The notes beneath the pieces are model-generated. The model had not been told where the DNA came from, made no database searches, and saw only the letters and a program-made list of their open reading frames with translations. A stretch of 64,000 nt of DNA from a virus, in the IMG/VR virus record IMGVR_UViG_3300031857_000057, positions 1-64,000 of that record. One strand, given 5' to 3'. A program made the translations under genes and the position numbers. Positions 18,557 through 28,081 of this stretch are shown here, piece by piece; within the stretch, counting starts at the first letter, position 1; each line of letters opens with the position of its first letter.

Positions 18557-18967
18557 ATGAGTAAGAACATTAATCCTTTAATTAATCCAAAAACTGGTAA
18601 GCCAATTGTAAGCAATGTGCGTCGCCAGGTTATTGAAAAGAAATATAACTGGGGCTTATACGTTTACAAAAAATCTAATGGTAAGTGGTTTACTGATGGA
18701 GAAGGAAATGTTTTAAACATACCTGCTGTCCGTGGAGATCTTACTAAAATTGCAGAGCTTAAACAAGCAGCAAAATATTATGGTGATGAGGGCGACGGCG
18801 AGGCAATATTTGTGCCAGGATTAACTCGTATCTCTGAAGAAGAGCATACGGAGCAAATGGATAGATTTAAAAATGGATTGCTTCCATCAATGAATGACTT
18901 AGGCGCAATTCATGCTGCACAACAAACTTTAAAAGCTCATGGAAGAGATGCATACGAAAATGGATAA
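18557..18967 (+). CDS. Hypothetical protein preceding portal
   Basis: ORF overlaps the portal start; start is 18551 or 18557. Confidence 0.7.
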   Translation: MSKNINPLINPKTGKPIVSNVRRQVIEKKYNWGLYVYKKSNGKWFTDGEGNVLNIPAVRGDLTKIAELKQAAKYYGDEGDGEAIFVPGLTRISEEEHTEQMDRFKNGLLPSMNDLGAIHAAQQTLKAHGRDAYENG

Positions 18968-20564
18968 CAAATACGATTTTATTCAGGCTTCATTAAATAC
19001 TCAGCAAGCAGATGAAAATTTGTTTAAAGATTATGATCCATTTAACAAGTCATGGGACACACTAAAAGATTATTCTGGTATTGATCAAAACTTTAAAAGA
19101 CGCACCACCCGTAATCTAAATAAGTATGTTGCAACAGATAGCAAACAATATTTAGATTCAGCTGGAGCAATTCCTGCAGGACAAAATGCAGAGTCAAAGG
19201 CTATTAATCCTGGAACGGTATATAGAAATGGATACGGGCTATTTGATGTAATTACACCACCATACAATATGTACGAACTTGCTAACTTTTATGATACATC
19301 TTTTGCTAACCATGCAGCAATTGATGCAAAGGTTCAAAATATAGTGGGCTTAGGATATCGTTTTGAAATTACAGATCGCACAATGCTTAATTTTGAAATG
19401 ACAGAAGATGAGGGCAAGGTTGAAAGAGCAAGAGGTCGTATTGAACGAGGCAAGATTTCTATGCGTGATTGGCTAGAATCACTTAATGATGATGAAAGCT
19501 TTGTTTCAATTATGACAAAGGTTTATACTGATGTTGAGGCTACGGGTAATGGATTTATTGAGGTAGGGCGAACTACTGCTGGAGATATTGGCTATATAGG
19601 ACATATTCCAGCAACTACCGTTCGTGTTCGCAGACTACGTGATGGATTCTTACAAATTATTGGTCAAAAGGTTGTTTATTTTAGAAACTTTGGTGCAAAA
19701 AATCAAAATCCAGTAACGGAAGATCGTAGACCCAACGAAATTATTCACATCAAATCTTATTCACCATTAAACACATTCTATGGTATTCCAGACATTATTT
19801 CTGCATTACCATCATTGATTGGAGATCAGCTTGCATCACAGTACAACATTGATTACTTCCAAAACAAGGCGGTACCAAGATACGTTATTGTAACTAAGGG
19901 AGCAAAGCTTTCTGGTGATGCAGAAGATAAGATGTTTAGATTTTTACAAACTGGTCTCAAGGGGCAAAACCATAGAACACTCTATATTCCACTTCCTGGA
20001 GACACCGAAAATAATAAGGTTGAGTTTAAGATGGAACCAATTGAAAGTGGTGTTCAAGAGGGTTCCTTCAAGGAGTACCGAAAACAAAATCGTGATGATA
20101 TTTTAATTGCACATCAGGTTCCTATTTCAAAATTGGGCGGTAGTGATTCAGCAGCAATAGCAGCAGCATTAGCACAAGATCGTACCTTTAAAGAACAAGT
20201 ATCTCGTCCAGCACAAAGAGATCTTGAAAAAATTGTTAATAAGATTATTAAAGAAAAGACTGATATTTTAGAGCTTAGATTTAATGAGCTTACCCTTACT
20301 GATGAAATTGCACAATCTCAGATTATTGAGCGCTATGTAAAGACTCAGGTTATGACTCCAAATGAGGCTCGTGAAAAGCTAGATCTTCCTCAAAGAGCAG
20401 ACGGGGATGAACCATTTGTAATGAGTCCAAGACAGGCAACCGATGCGGCTGCAAATTCTGCAAGAAATAGAGCAAGGGATTCTGAGCGAACAAATAATAA
20501 CTCAGACTCCTCATCCACAATTTCTGGAAGAAATCCACAGGGTGAAGGGCGTTCATCCACATAG
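18960..20564 (+). CDS. Portal protein
   Basis: GNGFIEV, EIIHIK.YSP...YGIP, YFQNKAVP, MTPNEARE.L.LP; position ahead of the protease and capsid genes. Confidence 0.92.
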   Translation: MDNKYDFIQASLNTQQADENLFKDYDPFNKSWDTLKDYSGIDQNFKRRTTRNLNKYVATDSKQYLDSAGAIPAGQNAESKAINPGTVYRNGYGLFDVITPPYNMYELANFYDTSFANHAAIDAKVQNIVGLGYRFEITDRTMLNFEMTEDEGKVERARGRIERGKISMRDWLESLNDDESFVSIMTKVYTDVEATGNGFIEVGRTTAGDIGYIGHIPATTVRVRRLRDGFLQIIGQKVVYFRNFGAKNQNPVTEDRRPNEIIHIKSYSPLNTFYGIPDIISALPSLIGDQLASQYNIDYFQNKAVPRYVIVTKGAKLSGDAEDKMFRFLQTGLKGQNHRTLYIPLPGDTENNKVEFKMEPIESGVQEGSFKEYRKQNRDDILIAHQVPISKLGGSDSAAIAAALAQDRTFKEQVSRPAQRDLEKIVNKIIKEKTDILELRFNELTLTDEIAQSQIIERYVKTQVMTPNEAREKLDLPQRADGDEPFVMSPRQATDAAANSARNRARDSERTNNNSDSSSTISGRNPQGEGRSST

Positions 20565-20587
20565 TATCCACATATTGGATAAAATGT

Positions 20588-20596
20588 TGGTATAAT
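20588..20596 (+). promoter_or_regulatory. Extended -10 promoter TGGTATAAT
   Basis: 9 nt before ATG 20606; no SD. Confidence 0.65.
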
Positions 20597-20605
20597 TGTT
20601 CTGCA

Positions 20606-21919
20606 ATGATTATTAATAAGGCCCATTGGGTCACCGACGGCAACAGTGTTCGTTTTTCAATGCCTATTGGCAAGGTTGATCAAGAGCGTCGTACAGTTTC
20701 TGGTTTTGCTACACTTGATAATATTGATAGGCAAAACGATATTGTAACCACAGAAGCAAGTTTAGCAGCATTTAAAAAGTTTCGTGGAAACCTTCGTGAG
20801 ATGCATGGACCAAATGCAGTTGGTAAGGTTGTTTCTTTTAAAGAAGATCGTTATTTTGATCCAAACACTAAAAAGTTTTATAGCGGAGTTTATGTATCTG
20901 CATATGTCTCAAAGGGTGCACAAGATACTTGGGAGAAAGTTCTTGATGGAACTCTAACTGGTTTTTCAATTGGCGGTAGCATACAAAAGTCTGACGACTC
21001 TTATAACGAAGAACTTGATAAGTCAGTTAGAATTATTAAAGAATATGAATTACATGAGCTTTCACTTGTTGATAGTCCAGCAAATCAATTTGCAAATGTT
21101 ATATCAATTGAAAAAGGCGAGTTGGGTGGATATCTAGCAAAGGCAGTTGTTGATAATGTTTATTGGTGCAAAGATGATGACATTGTTAGACTTTCTGATG
21201 GATTAGAAGAGTCTTGCCCATCTTGCACAGCAACAATGAAAAACATTGGCTTTGTTGAAAAAAGTGAAGACAATATAGAAACAGTAAAGTTCTTAGTTGA
21301 TAGTGCAAAAGGCATTAGAACAATTAAGATGAAAAAGGAGGAAAATCCTATGACAGAAGAAACAATGGCTGTTGAAGAGACTCTAGAAAAGTCTGATACA
21401 GCAGTAGTTGAAAATGTTGAGGTTGCTCCAGAAGCTACAACAGAAGCAGTTGCTGAAGTTGTTGCTGAGGCTCCAGTGCTTGAAAAAGCAGACGAGCCAG
21501 TGGCAGAGATAGTTGCTGAAGAAGTTGCTCCAGCTGCTGATTCTGTAGTAGAAAAATCAGTTGATGCAGTTGTTGATACAACAGCAGAAATTGCAAAGTC
21601 TGTTGCAGAAATTAATGAATCTCTTACTAATGCCTTGAGCAATCTTGCTGAAACAGTTAAGTCTATGCAGGCTAACGTTGAAGCAATTACAAAGTCCCTT
21701 GAAACCGTTACAGGCGAAGTTAAGTCTGTAGCAAGTGAGGTTAGCCAAGTAAAGGGTACTTTTAATGAGTTTGGAAAGCGTGTAGATATGGTTGAAAAAG
21801 ATACAGCTTTCCGCAAGTCTGGCGATCTAGGCGAGATCGTACAGGAATTGGCTGAAAAGCCAGTTCAAAAATCCCTATGGGGCGGTCGTTTCCTCACAAA
21901 TACCGACCTATTTAAATAA
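20606..21919 (+). CDS. Prohead protease (HK97-type) fused to Zn-ribbon-like and scaffold regions
   Basis: LREMH, GFSIGG, ELSLVDSPAN; C..D...CPSC; acidic Ala/Glu/Val-rich coiled-coil C-terminal half. Confidence 0.9.
   Translation: MIINKAHWVTDGNSVRFSMPIGKVDQERRTVSGFATLDNIDRQNDIVTTEASLAAFKKFRGNLREMHGPNAVGKVVSFKEDRYFDPNTKKFYSGVYVSAYVSKGAQDTWEKVLDGTLTGFSIGGSIQKSDDSYNEELDKSVRIIKEYELHELSLVDSPANQFANVISIEKGELGGYLAKAVVDNVYWCKDDDIVRLSDGLEESCPSCTATMKNIGFVEKSEDNIETVKFLVDSAKGIRTIKMKKEENPMTEETMAVEETLEKSDTAVVENVEVAPEATTEAVAEVVAEAPVLEKADEPVAEIVAEEVAPAADSVVEKSVDAVVDTTAEIAKSVAEINESLTNALSNLAETVKSMQANVEAITKSLETVTGEVKSVASEVSQVKGTFNEFGKRVDMVEKDTAFRKSGDLGEIVQELAEKPVQKSLWGGRFLTNTDLFK
21350..21919 (+). CDS. Putative nested in-frame scaffolding protein
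   Basis: Strong internal SD AAGGAGG (21335-21341) 8 nt before in-frame ATG 21350, where composition switches to scaffold-like. Confidence 0.65.
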   Translation: MTEETMAVEETLEKSDTAVVENVEVAPEATTEAVAEVVAEAPVLEKADEPVAEIVAEEVAPAADSVVEKSVDAVVDTTAEIAKSVAEINESLTNALSNLAETVKSMQANVEAITKSLETVTGEVKSVASEVSQVKGTFNEFGKRVDMVEKDTAFRKSGDLGEIVQELAEKPVQKSLWGGRFLTNTDLFK

Positions 21920-21949
21920 TAAGTACAAATTCACTAGGAGGTGAACAAT

Positions 21950-23083
21950 ATGTCGGAACAAGATATCGTAAAGAATTACCCAGGAACAACTGAGGCTCAC
22001 AATCATGACGGACAAGGTGCATTTGCATCTGGTGGTGTCGGAGGTGCTACAGCAACAGGTCCTGATGGTAACCTTTCTCCAGCAGCGTCTCTTGGTAACA
22101 TTTCTCAGGCCACTTTCGGGTCAACAGAAGGTATCAACGCTGTAAATCCAACTGGTACGCCAGGTGGTATCCTTGCCCCTGAGCAAGCTCGTCGCTTCAT
22201 TGACTATGTGTGGGATGCAACAGTTCTCGCCAAAGATGGACGCAGAGTTACTATGCGGGCAAATACCATGGAAATTGAGAAGGTAAATGTTGGTGAGCGT
22301 GTTATCCGTGCAGCAGCCCAGGCTGACAGCACATACACAAACGCTGGCGCAACCTTCACAAAGGTAGAGCTCACAACCAAGAAGATTCGTCTTGATTGGG
22401 AAGTCTCAACAGAGTCGCTTGAAGACAATATTGAAGGAGGTGCGTTGGAAGATCATCTCGTTCGCTTGATGACCAATGCATTTGCTAATGATATTGAAGA
22501 TCTCGCTATCAATGGCGATGGTTCCACAGGCAACTTCCTTTCAATCATGGAAGGTTTCGTACACAAGGTTACAGATGGTAGCGATGCTCACGAAGCACTC
22601 GTTACAGTAAGCAACGATGACTGGACTCCAGTTGTCATGCAGGATATCATCCTCGCAATGCCACGTAAGTATCGTGCAATTAAGAGCAATCTTAAGTTCT
22701 ATGCAGGTACTGATGCATTCCAGGGTATCGTTCGCAATAACGGTACACTTGCTGATGCAATTGCTGAAGCATTCGCTGGTACACCAGCAGGTGCTAACCC
22801 ACAGCGTCAAGCATATCTTGATGGTGCAGGGCAGACATTCGGCAATGCACGTACTACCCGTGTTCTCGGTGTAGATGTTATGGAAGTTCCTTACTACCCA
22901 GCAGATTATGTTGATTTGACATTCCCTGCTAACCGTGTTTGGGGTTTCCAGCGAGACATCACCGTTAACCGTGAGTACAAGCCAAAGAAGGATACAGTTG
23001 AGTACACAGTATTCGTCCGATTTGGTCTGCAATGGGAAGAGCTTGATGCAGTTGCGTTCGCAGATGCAGCATCTGATTCCTAA
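21950..23083 (+). CDS. Major capsid protein (HK97 fold)
   Basis: SD GGAGGTG; GGILAPEQARRFID, EDNIEG, DIEDLAINGD; higher GC and biased codons than neighbouring genes. Confidence 0.92.
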   Translation: MSEQDIVKNYPGTTEAHNHDGQGAFASGGVGGATATGPDGNLSPAASLGNISQATFGSTEGINAVNPTGTPGGILAPEQARRFIDYVWDATVLAKDGRRVTMRANTMEIEKVNVGERVIRAAAQADSTYTNAGATFTKVELTTKKIRLDWEVSTESLEDNIEGGALEDHLVRLMTNAFANDIEDLAINGDGSTGNFLSIMEGFVHKVTDGSDAHEALVTVSNDDWTPVVMQDIILAMPRKYRAIKSNLKFYAGTDAFQGIVRNNGTLADAIAEAFAGTPAGANPQRQAYLDGAGQTFGNARTTRVLGVDVMEVPYYPADYVDLTFPANRVWGFQRDITVNREYKPKKDTVEYTVFVRFGLQWEELDAVAFADAASDS

Positions 23084-23104
23084 TAAAAACTGAATAAATG
23101 AAAG

Positions 23105-23137
23105 AGGAGGGTAGCGTAAAAACTACCCTCCTTCTTC
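23105..23137 (+). terminator. Hairpin terminator after MCP
   Basis: AGGAGGGTAG-8 nt-CTACCCTCCT followed by TCTTC. Confidence 0.7.
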
Positions 23138-23143
23138 ACATTC

Positions 23144-23152
23144 TGCTATAAT
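23144..23152 (+). promoter_or_regulatory. Extended -10 promoter TGCTATAAT
   Basis: After the terminator and before SD GGAGG and ATG 23169. Confidence 0.65.
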
Positions 23153-23168
23153 AGCAGTGGAGGATAAT

Positions 23169-23528
23169 ATGTCAGCACAACTAATAGAAGATTTAAAAAA
23201 GAAAACAGTTCCAGAATTAAAATCATATGCTAAGAAAAATAACATAGATTTGTTTGGTGTTAGTACTAAAAATGAAATACTTGAGGTTATTTTTTCTTTT
23301 ATTCCAACTGAAGCTCAAATTAAAATGAAAAAACAAGATAAAGAAAATGCCAAGGGAGATAAGATAGCTATATTTTCATCTCGCAATCTTTTTTGGAATG
23401 GGGTAGGCGAATTAAACCAAGGATATACTATACTACCAAAGGAGATATCTGAAAAGTGGCTTTCTCATAAAGCTGTTCGTGTAGCAACAGCAGATGAGGT
23501 AGCAAAACACTATAAGATTAAAAAATAA
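23169..23528 (+). CDS. Rho-N/HeH-like helical domain protein
   Basis: LKKKTVPELKSYAKKNNIDL...KNEIL. Confidence 0.6.
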   Translation: MSAQLIEDLKKKTVPELKSYAKKNNIDLFGVSTKNEILEVIFSFIPTEAQIKMKKQDKENAKGDKIAIFSSRNLFWNGVGELNQGYTILPKEISEKWLSHKAVRVATADEVAKHYKIKK

Positions 23529-24499
23529 TGGAAATATTAAGAAAGCCGCCATATCCACTTTCAATATCTTATTCTGTAAATTTTCCAGAAGCAGACTACA
23601 AGCTTTTTATTAAAGACAAAGCTAGAGATATAATTTTATTAGAAGAAGTGGTCACAAGTACAGAAGATTCAAAAATAGAATATGATCTTACCGAGTATTT
23701 TAGTAAATATGACGATTCTTATGAACTATCTATTTATGAATATCCAGAGTCTGAATTAGGCGATATTGTTGTAGAGGACAACCTTGAAATTTTGAGGCCA
23801 TACGTTGATGTTTCCACTATGGCAACTACTGCAAGCGAAATAGCAGAATATGATGGATACGAGAAAATTGCAAGAACTATCATTGATTCAATTGTTGGCG
23901 GATTTTATTATTATACAGATTACGTTGAAACTGTTGGTCAGGGTACAGATTATATGCCGCTTTGGAATCGTACATACAAGATATTAAAAGTTTATGAAAA
24001 TTCTGTTTTGGTTTATGATACATCAAATACAGAAGATGGTCCTGCACTTGCAGACTGGAATTATTTAATTACTAAAGATAAAAGTGCCATAACAAAAGAT
24101 CCAGTTTCTGCCATAGATGGATTCAATAGATCAGAGCAGCAGCCTCCAAATATAATGGTTGCTCCATCAGATTCTTATGCATTGTTTGATACAGAAGATA
24201 GCGGCAACATATACACCATATCCCCTGGAGTAGCTTTTCCAAAAGGATATGATTATATATTTTTGCTAGAGCAAGGGTATAAGGTTGTTCCAAACGATAT
24301 TAAAGATGCAACACTAATGTTAATGGATGATATAAAGTGTGGAAAACTTGACTATTACAAGAGATATATACTTAATTATTCAACAGATCAATTTAGAATT
24401 CAAATTGATAAATCGGCATTAGAAGGAACAGGAAATATTTTAGTTGATAAAATATTGGATAAATATAAAGTCAACATAACAAAACTTGGAGTTTTATAG
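23528..24499 (+). CDS. Head-tail adaptor
   Basis: Position; GYKVVPNDIKDAT; TGNILVDKILDKY. Confidence 0.7.
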   Translation: MEILRKPPYPLSISYSVNFPEADYKLFIKDKARDIILLEEVVTSTEDSKIEYDLTEYFSKYDDSYELSIYEYPESELGDIVVEDNLEILRPYVDVSTMATTASEIAEYDGYEKIARTIIDSIVGGFYYYTDYVETVGQGTDYMPLWNRTYKILKVYENSVLVYDTSNTEDGPALADWNYLITKDKSAITKDPVSAIDGFNRSEQQPPNIMVAPSDSYALFDTEDSGNIYTISPGVAFPKGYDYIFLLEQGYKVVPNDIKDATLMLMDDIKCGKLDYYKRYILNYSTDQFRIQIDKSALEGTGNILVDKILDKYKVNITKLGVL

Positions 24500-24954
24500 T
24501 GGTAATTAATACATGTAACACTCCAGATTTTTTGTATCCCTTAAAAGCAGATATATATTATCCAATAGTTGAGCAGGGCGCATATGGCAATGTTCAAAAA
24601 ACATGGGTTGTTGATAGAACTATAATCTGTAACTTTGCACCAGCTGGAACCGCTTGGGGAGAAGAAGTAAAACCAAATCCTATGATTAATATGGAAATGA
24701 TTCTTTTGGGTAGAGTAAAAGATGATTTAAGAATTAGTGAATCTAGCTCAAAAGATTCAATAGTAAATATTATTATTACAAATATAAGAACAAGAAATGA
24801 TCAACCAATATATATTGAAACTGCTGGCCCAAGATCTGGAAGATCAACTTTATTTGAAATTGCATCAAATGAACCAATCATCAATCCATTTGGAGAAGTT
24901 GATTATTATAAGGTAGTAATTCGTAGATCAGAAAATCAGGCATCAGATCTATGA
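24499..24954 (+). CDS. Head-tail stopper/connector
   Basis: Synteny and size; beta-rich. Confidence 0.55.
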   Translation: MVINTCNTPDFLYPLKADIYYPIVEQGAYGNVQKTWVVDRTIICNFAPAGTAWGEEVKPNPMINMEMILLGRVKDDLRISESSSKDSIVNIIITNIRTRNDQPIYIETAGPRSGRSTLFEIASNEPIINPFGEVDYYKVVIRRSENQASDL

Positions 24955-25628
24955 TTTCAATTAAACTTAATCAATCTAAATTTATATCTGATATGAATAA
25001 TATAGTTAATTATTCAATAGGATTTTTGGATGGAGTTAAGGCTGGCAAAACAGCATTTTTAAAAAATATTGGATTATCAACAAAAGAACTATTAGAAAAA
25101 TTTATTGATGCAAACGCTAGATCTAACCCACAAATGCTTCATCATGTTTATGAATGGTATAGAACAGGTAGTCCAAATGCAAGATTATTTGATATTGATT
25201 ATACAGTTAGTAATATAGGTCTTTCTTTTTATTCAAATTTTAAACAATCAAACTCTATAAAAAATGGATCAACAGTGCCATTTTATAATAAAGCAAGCAT
25301 TATGGAAAATGGAGTTCCAGTTACGATTAAGCCTAAAAGAGCACAAGCTTTGGCATTCCAAGATGGCGGAGAAACAATTTTTACTAAAGGGACAGTTGAA
25401 GTTTTAAATCCAGGCGGAACTAAGGCTGAAAAGGGTTTTGAAAAAACTATTAATATGTTTTTTAATAAATATTTTACACAAGCATTTTTAAAAACAAGTG
25501 GTATTAGACAGTATTTAAAAAATCCTGTGGTATACAAAAAGAATTTAGCTAAAGGCAAGGTAGCTGGAAGGTCTGCGGGTATTTCAACGGGATACGCATG
25601 GATTGCAAAGGCAGGTTATAAAGCATAA
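24951..25628 (+). CDS. Neck/tail completion protein
   Basis: Synteny; basic; TIKPKRAQALAF motif. Confidence 0.5.
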   Translation: MISIKLNQSKFISDMNNIVNYSIGFLDGVKAGKTAFLKNIGLSTKELLEKFIDANARSNPQMLHHVYEWYRTGSPNARLFDIDYTVSNIGLSFYSNFKQSNSIKNGSTVPFYNKASIMENGVPVTIKPKRAQALAFQDGGETIFTKGTVEVLNPGGTKAEKGFEKTINMFFNKYFTQAFLKTSGIRQYLKNPVVYKKNLAKGKVAGRSAGISTGYAWIAKAGYKA

Positions 25629-26212
25629 TGGCAAACGAGACAGAGTTTAATACGCCAGCTATTTGGATTAATAAATATCTTCAAGAAAAGTTAGAACCAA
25701 TATTTGGCAACCCTCCACAATTTTTTCCTACTCAACCTTCAACTTTAGAAGCACTTACCAGCTCATTTCCACCTGGAGATATATTTGCTACATATGATCG
25801 TATGTTTAAAATGAATAGAAGTGGATTCCCTCATATTAAATGTGAGCAAATGTTGTATTATTTTTATTCATTTGGAAACACTCCAGTACCTGATGTTGTT
25901 AGAGCTACAGAAACAATATTTAGGCTTTTAGATAGAGCAGATGAATCTGCCCAAGAGGTAAATAGCTGGTGTTCTAATCGTAGGGTGGATTTAAAAGATG
26001 GCAATTCTCCAGTAGACAACATGTTCTATTTTCATGATTTCAAGGTATATCAGCTAGAAGAGACTAGAGATATTATAGACTTTGGAACAGCAAGGACCTA
26101 TGCTGGCAATAAAATTATCATTGATTTTGACTATCATCAAATGCCAAGTCTGACCAATAATAACTGGACTCCAGAGCCAAAGCTCCGTGGAGACGACAAA
26201 TTGACAATATAA
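25628..26212 (+). CDS. Tail terminator-like protein
   Basis: Directly upstream of the major tail protein. Confidence 0.5.
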   Translation: MANETEFNTPAIWINKYLQEKLEPIFGNPPQFFPTQPSTLEALTSSFPPGDIFATYDRMFKMNRSGFPHIKCEQMLYYFYSFGNTPVPDVVRATETIFRLLDRADESAQEVNSWCSNRRVDLKDGNSPVDNMFYFHDFKVYQLEETRDIIDFGTARTYAGNKIIIDFDYHQMPSLTNNNWTPEPKLRGDDKLTI

Positions 26213-26217
26213 AATGC

Positions 26218-26226
26218 TGTTATACT
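26218..26226 (+). promoter_or_regulatory. Extended -10 promoter TGTTATACT
   Basis: Upstream of the major tail gene (SD GAGGTG). Confidence 0.6.
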
Positions 26227-26285
26227 TAGGTTGAGGAAACACGCCAAAACTTAATATATTCCATTTAAGGAAGAGGTGAAAAAAT

Positions 26286-26921
26286 ATGGCATACACTCGT
26301 GGTACGTCAAGCAACATCATCGTTGGTGCTGCAGCCATGTTCGTAGCAGACACAACTCTTGATCCGAGTTCGTTAGCTTCATTTGGTAATACTGTATCGT
26401 TTAAGGAAACACTTTCCGAAGATGCAGATTATACAAACATTGGTTACACCATGAACGGTCTTGAGCTTCAGTTCCAACCAGACTTCGGTGAAGTCCAGGT
26501 AGATCAGGTTCTTGACGTTGCAAAACTTTACAAGCAGGGAATGCAGGTTAATCTTGCAACTGCTTTTGCTGAAGCAACACTTGAAAATCTTTTGTTAGCT
26601 TTAGCATACAACGACAATCAGCTCTCTGGTAACGCATCTACATCTGCTGGAAAGGTTCTTAATCTTTCTGCAGGCGAGATTGGCGAGTGCCCAGTTGAGC
26701 GTGGTATCGTTGCAGTTGGTCCTGGAACGGGTGACTGCGAAGCCTCAGATACCGTTGAGCGTGTTTACACAGCATATCGTGCTCTCTCAATTGAGAACGT
26801 AACTGTTTCCGCAAAGCGTGATGAGCCTTCAATGTTTGAAGTTTCATTCCGTCTTCTCCCAGAAGACACCTCTGGTTCCTACGGTAAGATCGTAGATCGT
26901 ACCTGGACACCAGCTTCATAA
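26286..26921 (+). CDS. Major tail (tube) protein
   Basis: NIIVGAA, IGYTMNG, VQVDQ, AEATLENL, FRLLP; followed by a terminator and the chaperones. Confidence 0.85.
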   Translation: MAYTRGTSSNIIVGAAAMFVADTTLDPSSLASFGNTVSFKETLSEDADYTNIGYTMNGLELQFQPDFGEVQVDQVLDVAKLYKQGMQVNLATAFAEATLENLLLALAYNDNQLSGNASTSAGKVLNLSAGEIGECPVERGIVAVGPGTGDCEASDTVERVYTAYRALSIENVTVSAKRDEPSMFEVSFRLLPEDTSGSYGKIVDRTWTPAS

Positions 26922-26942
26922 TCTTTATTTAGATTAACACTT

Positions 26943-26973
26943 AGCCCGCTTCTTACGAGGCGGGCTTTGTTGT
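26943..26973 (+). terminator. Rho-independent terminator
   Basis: AGCCCGCTTC-ttac-GAGGCGGGCT then TTGTTGT. Confidence 0.78.
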
Positions 26974-26997
26974 ATGCTAAAATGGTGTAGGGAAAAC

Positions 26998-27687
26998 ATG
27001 GCAACTAAAGTATATTCTATTAAAAATATAAATCTCTTAGATGGAACAGAGGTAGAAATCTCTCCACTAAAAATAAAATATTTGCGTGAATTTATGGATA
27101 CCTTTTCGTTAATTAATAACACAAAAGATGATGATGACTCTATTTTATTACTACTTGAATGCGTTAAAATTGCTATGAAACAATATTATCCTAAAATGAA
27201 ATCTATTGAAGATATAGAAGATAATATAGATATGCCAACAATACATGAAATTTTAGAGCATGCTGGCGGTATAAAAATAAATGATGATTCCAAGGAAACA
27301 GTAAAAGAACAAGCAAATAAAAATGAATCTAAAAACTCCTGGGATGATATAGATCTTGTAAAGTTAGAGTCAGAAGTATTTACCTTGGGTATTTGGAAAA
27401 ATTATGATGAATTGGAAAGATCTATTTCTATGCCAGAACTTATGGCAATAATAGCAGGAAGAAGAGATTTAGATTATGAAGAAAAAAAGTTTTTGGCAGC
27501 GATACAAGGGGTAGATTTAGAAGCCTCTTCTGATCGTGGTCAAAAAGAGTGGGAAGACCTAAAGGCAAGAGTTTTCAGTAAGGGACAAACTACAGACTCA
27601 AAAGATATCCTGGCTTTACAAGGTCAAAACGCTCAAAGATATGGTTTTGGTATTGGAATGGGTCTTGATTATGAGGACCTAAGATAG
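26998..27687 (+). CDS. Tail assembly chaperone, long (GT-like) form
   Basis: Between MTP and TMP. The N-terminal ~105 aa are paralogous to 27733..28056, plus a C-terminal extension. Own promoter TGCTAAAAT at 26975-26983. Confidence 0.7.
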   Translation: MATKVYSIKNINLLDGTEVEISPLKIKYLREFMDTFSLINNTKDDDDSILLLLECVKIAMKQYYPKMKSIEDIEDNIDMPTIHEILEHAGGIKINDDSKETVKEQANKNESKNSWDDIDLVKLESEVFTLGIWKNYDELERSISMPELMAIIAGRRDLDYEEKKFLAAIQGVDLEASSDRGQKEWEDLKARVFSKGQTTDSKDILALQGQNAQRYGFGIGMGLDYEDLR

Positions 27688-27732
27688 CTTTGTTTGTGAT
27701 ATAATTAACATAGCCTAAATAGGAGGAAAATA

Positions 27733-28056
27733 ATGGCAACAACAATTCATGAGGAAAAGACTCTTGTTCTTATTGATGGAACAGAGATCAAGGTTCGTCC
27801 TCTAAAAATCTCTCTTCTTCGTCCATTTTTGAAGAAGTTTGATGGAGTTGCGGCAGTGGCAGAAGATAATGAGAAGTCAATGACACTTCTTGTTGAGTGT
27901 GCTCAAATTGCGATGAAGCAATACAAGCCAGAAATTGCAGATGATCTTGCAAAGTTGGAAGACCTTTTGGATCTACCAACAGTGTATAAGATTGTTGAAG
28001 CTGCTTCTGGAGTAGCGCTTGGAGCAATGCCAGATATTCTTGACGCAAATCAATAA
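27733..28056 (+). CDS. Tail assembly chaperone, short (G-like) form
   Basis: L.DGTE....PLKI..LR.F, EC..IAMKQY.P, D.PT...I.E.A.G shared with the upstream gene. Promoter TGATATAAT at 27697-27705; SD AGGAGG. Confidence 0.72.
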   Translation: MATTIHEEKTLVLIDGTEIKVRPLKISLLRPFLKKFDGVAAVAEDNEKSMTLLVECAQIAMKQYKPEIADDLAKLEDLLDLPTVYKIVEAASGVALGAMPDILDANQ

Positions 28057-28081
28057 TACAATTTAAAATGAGGTGAAATAA

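Noticed and set aside
21160-21816. 218-aa antisense ORF and the many other short overlapping/antisense ORFs in the track
   Set aside because: They shadow well-supported genes with biased codons and lack SD, promoter or recognisable motifs.
26201-26226. TTGACA as the -35 of the major tail promoter
   Set aside because: Spacing to TATACT is 14 bp, too short.
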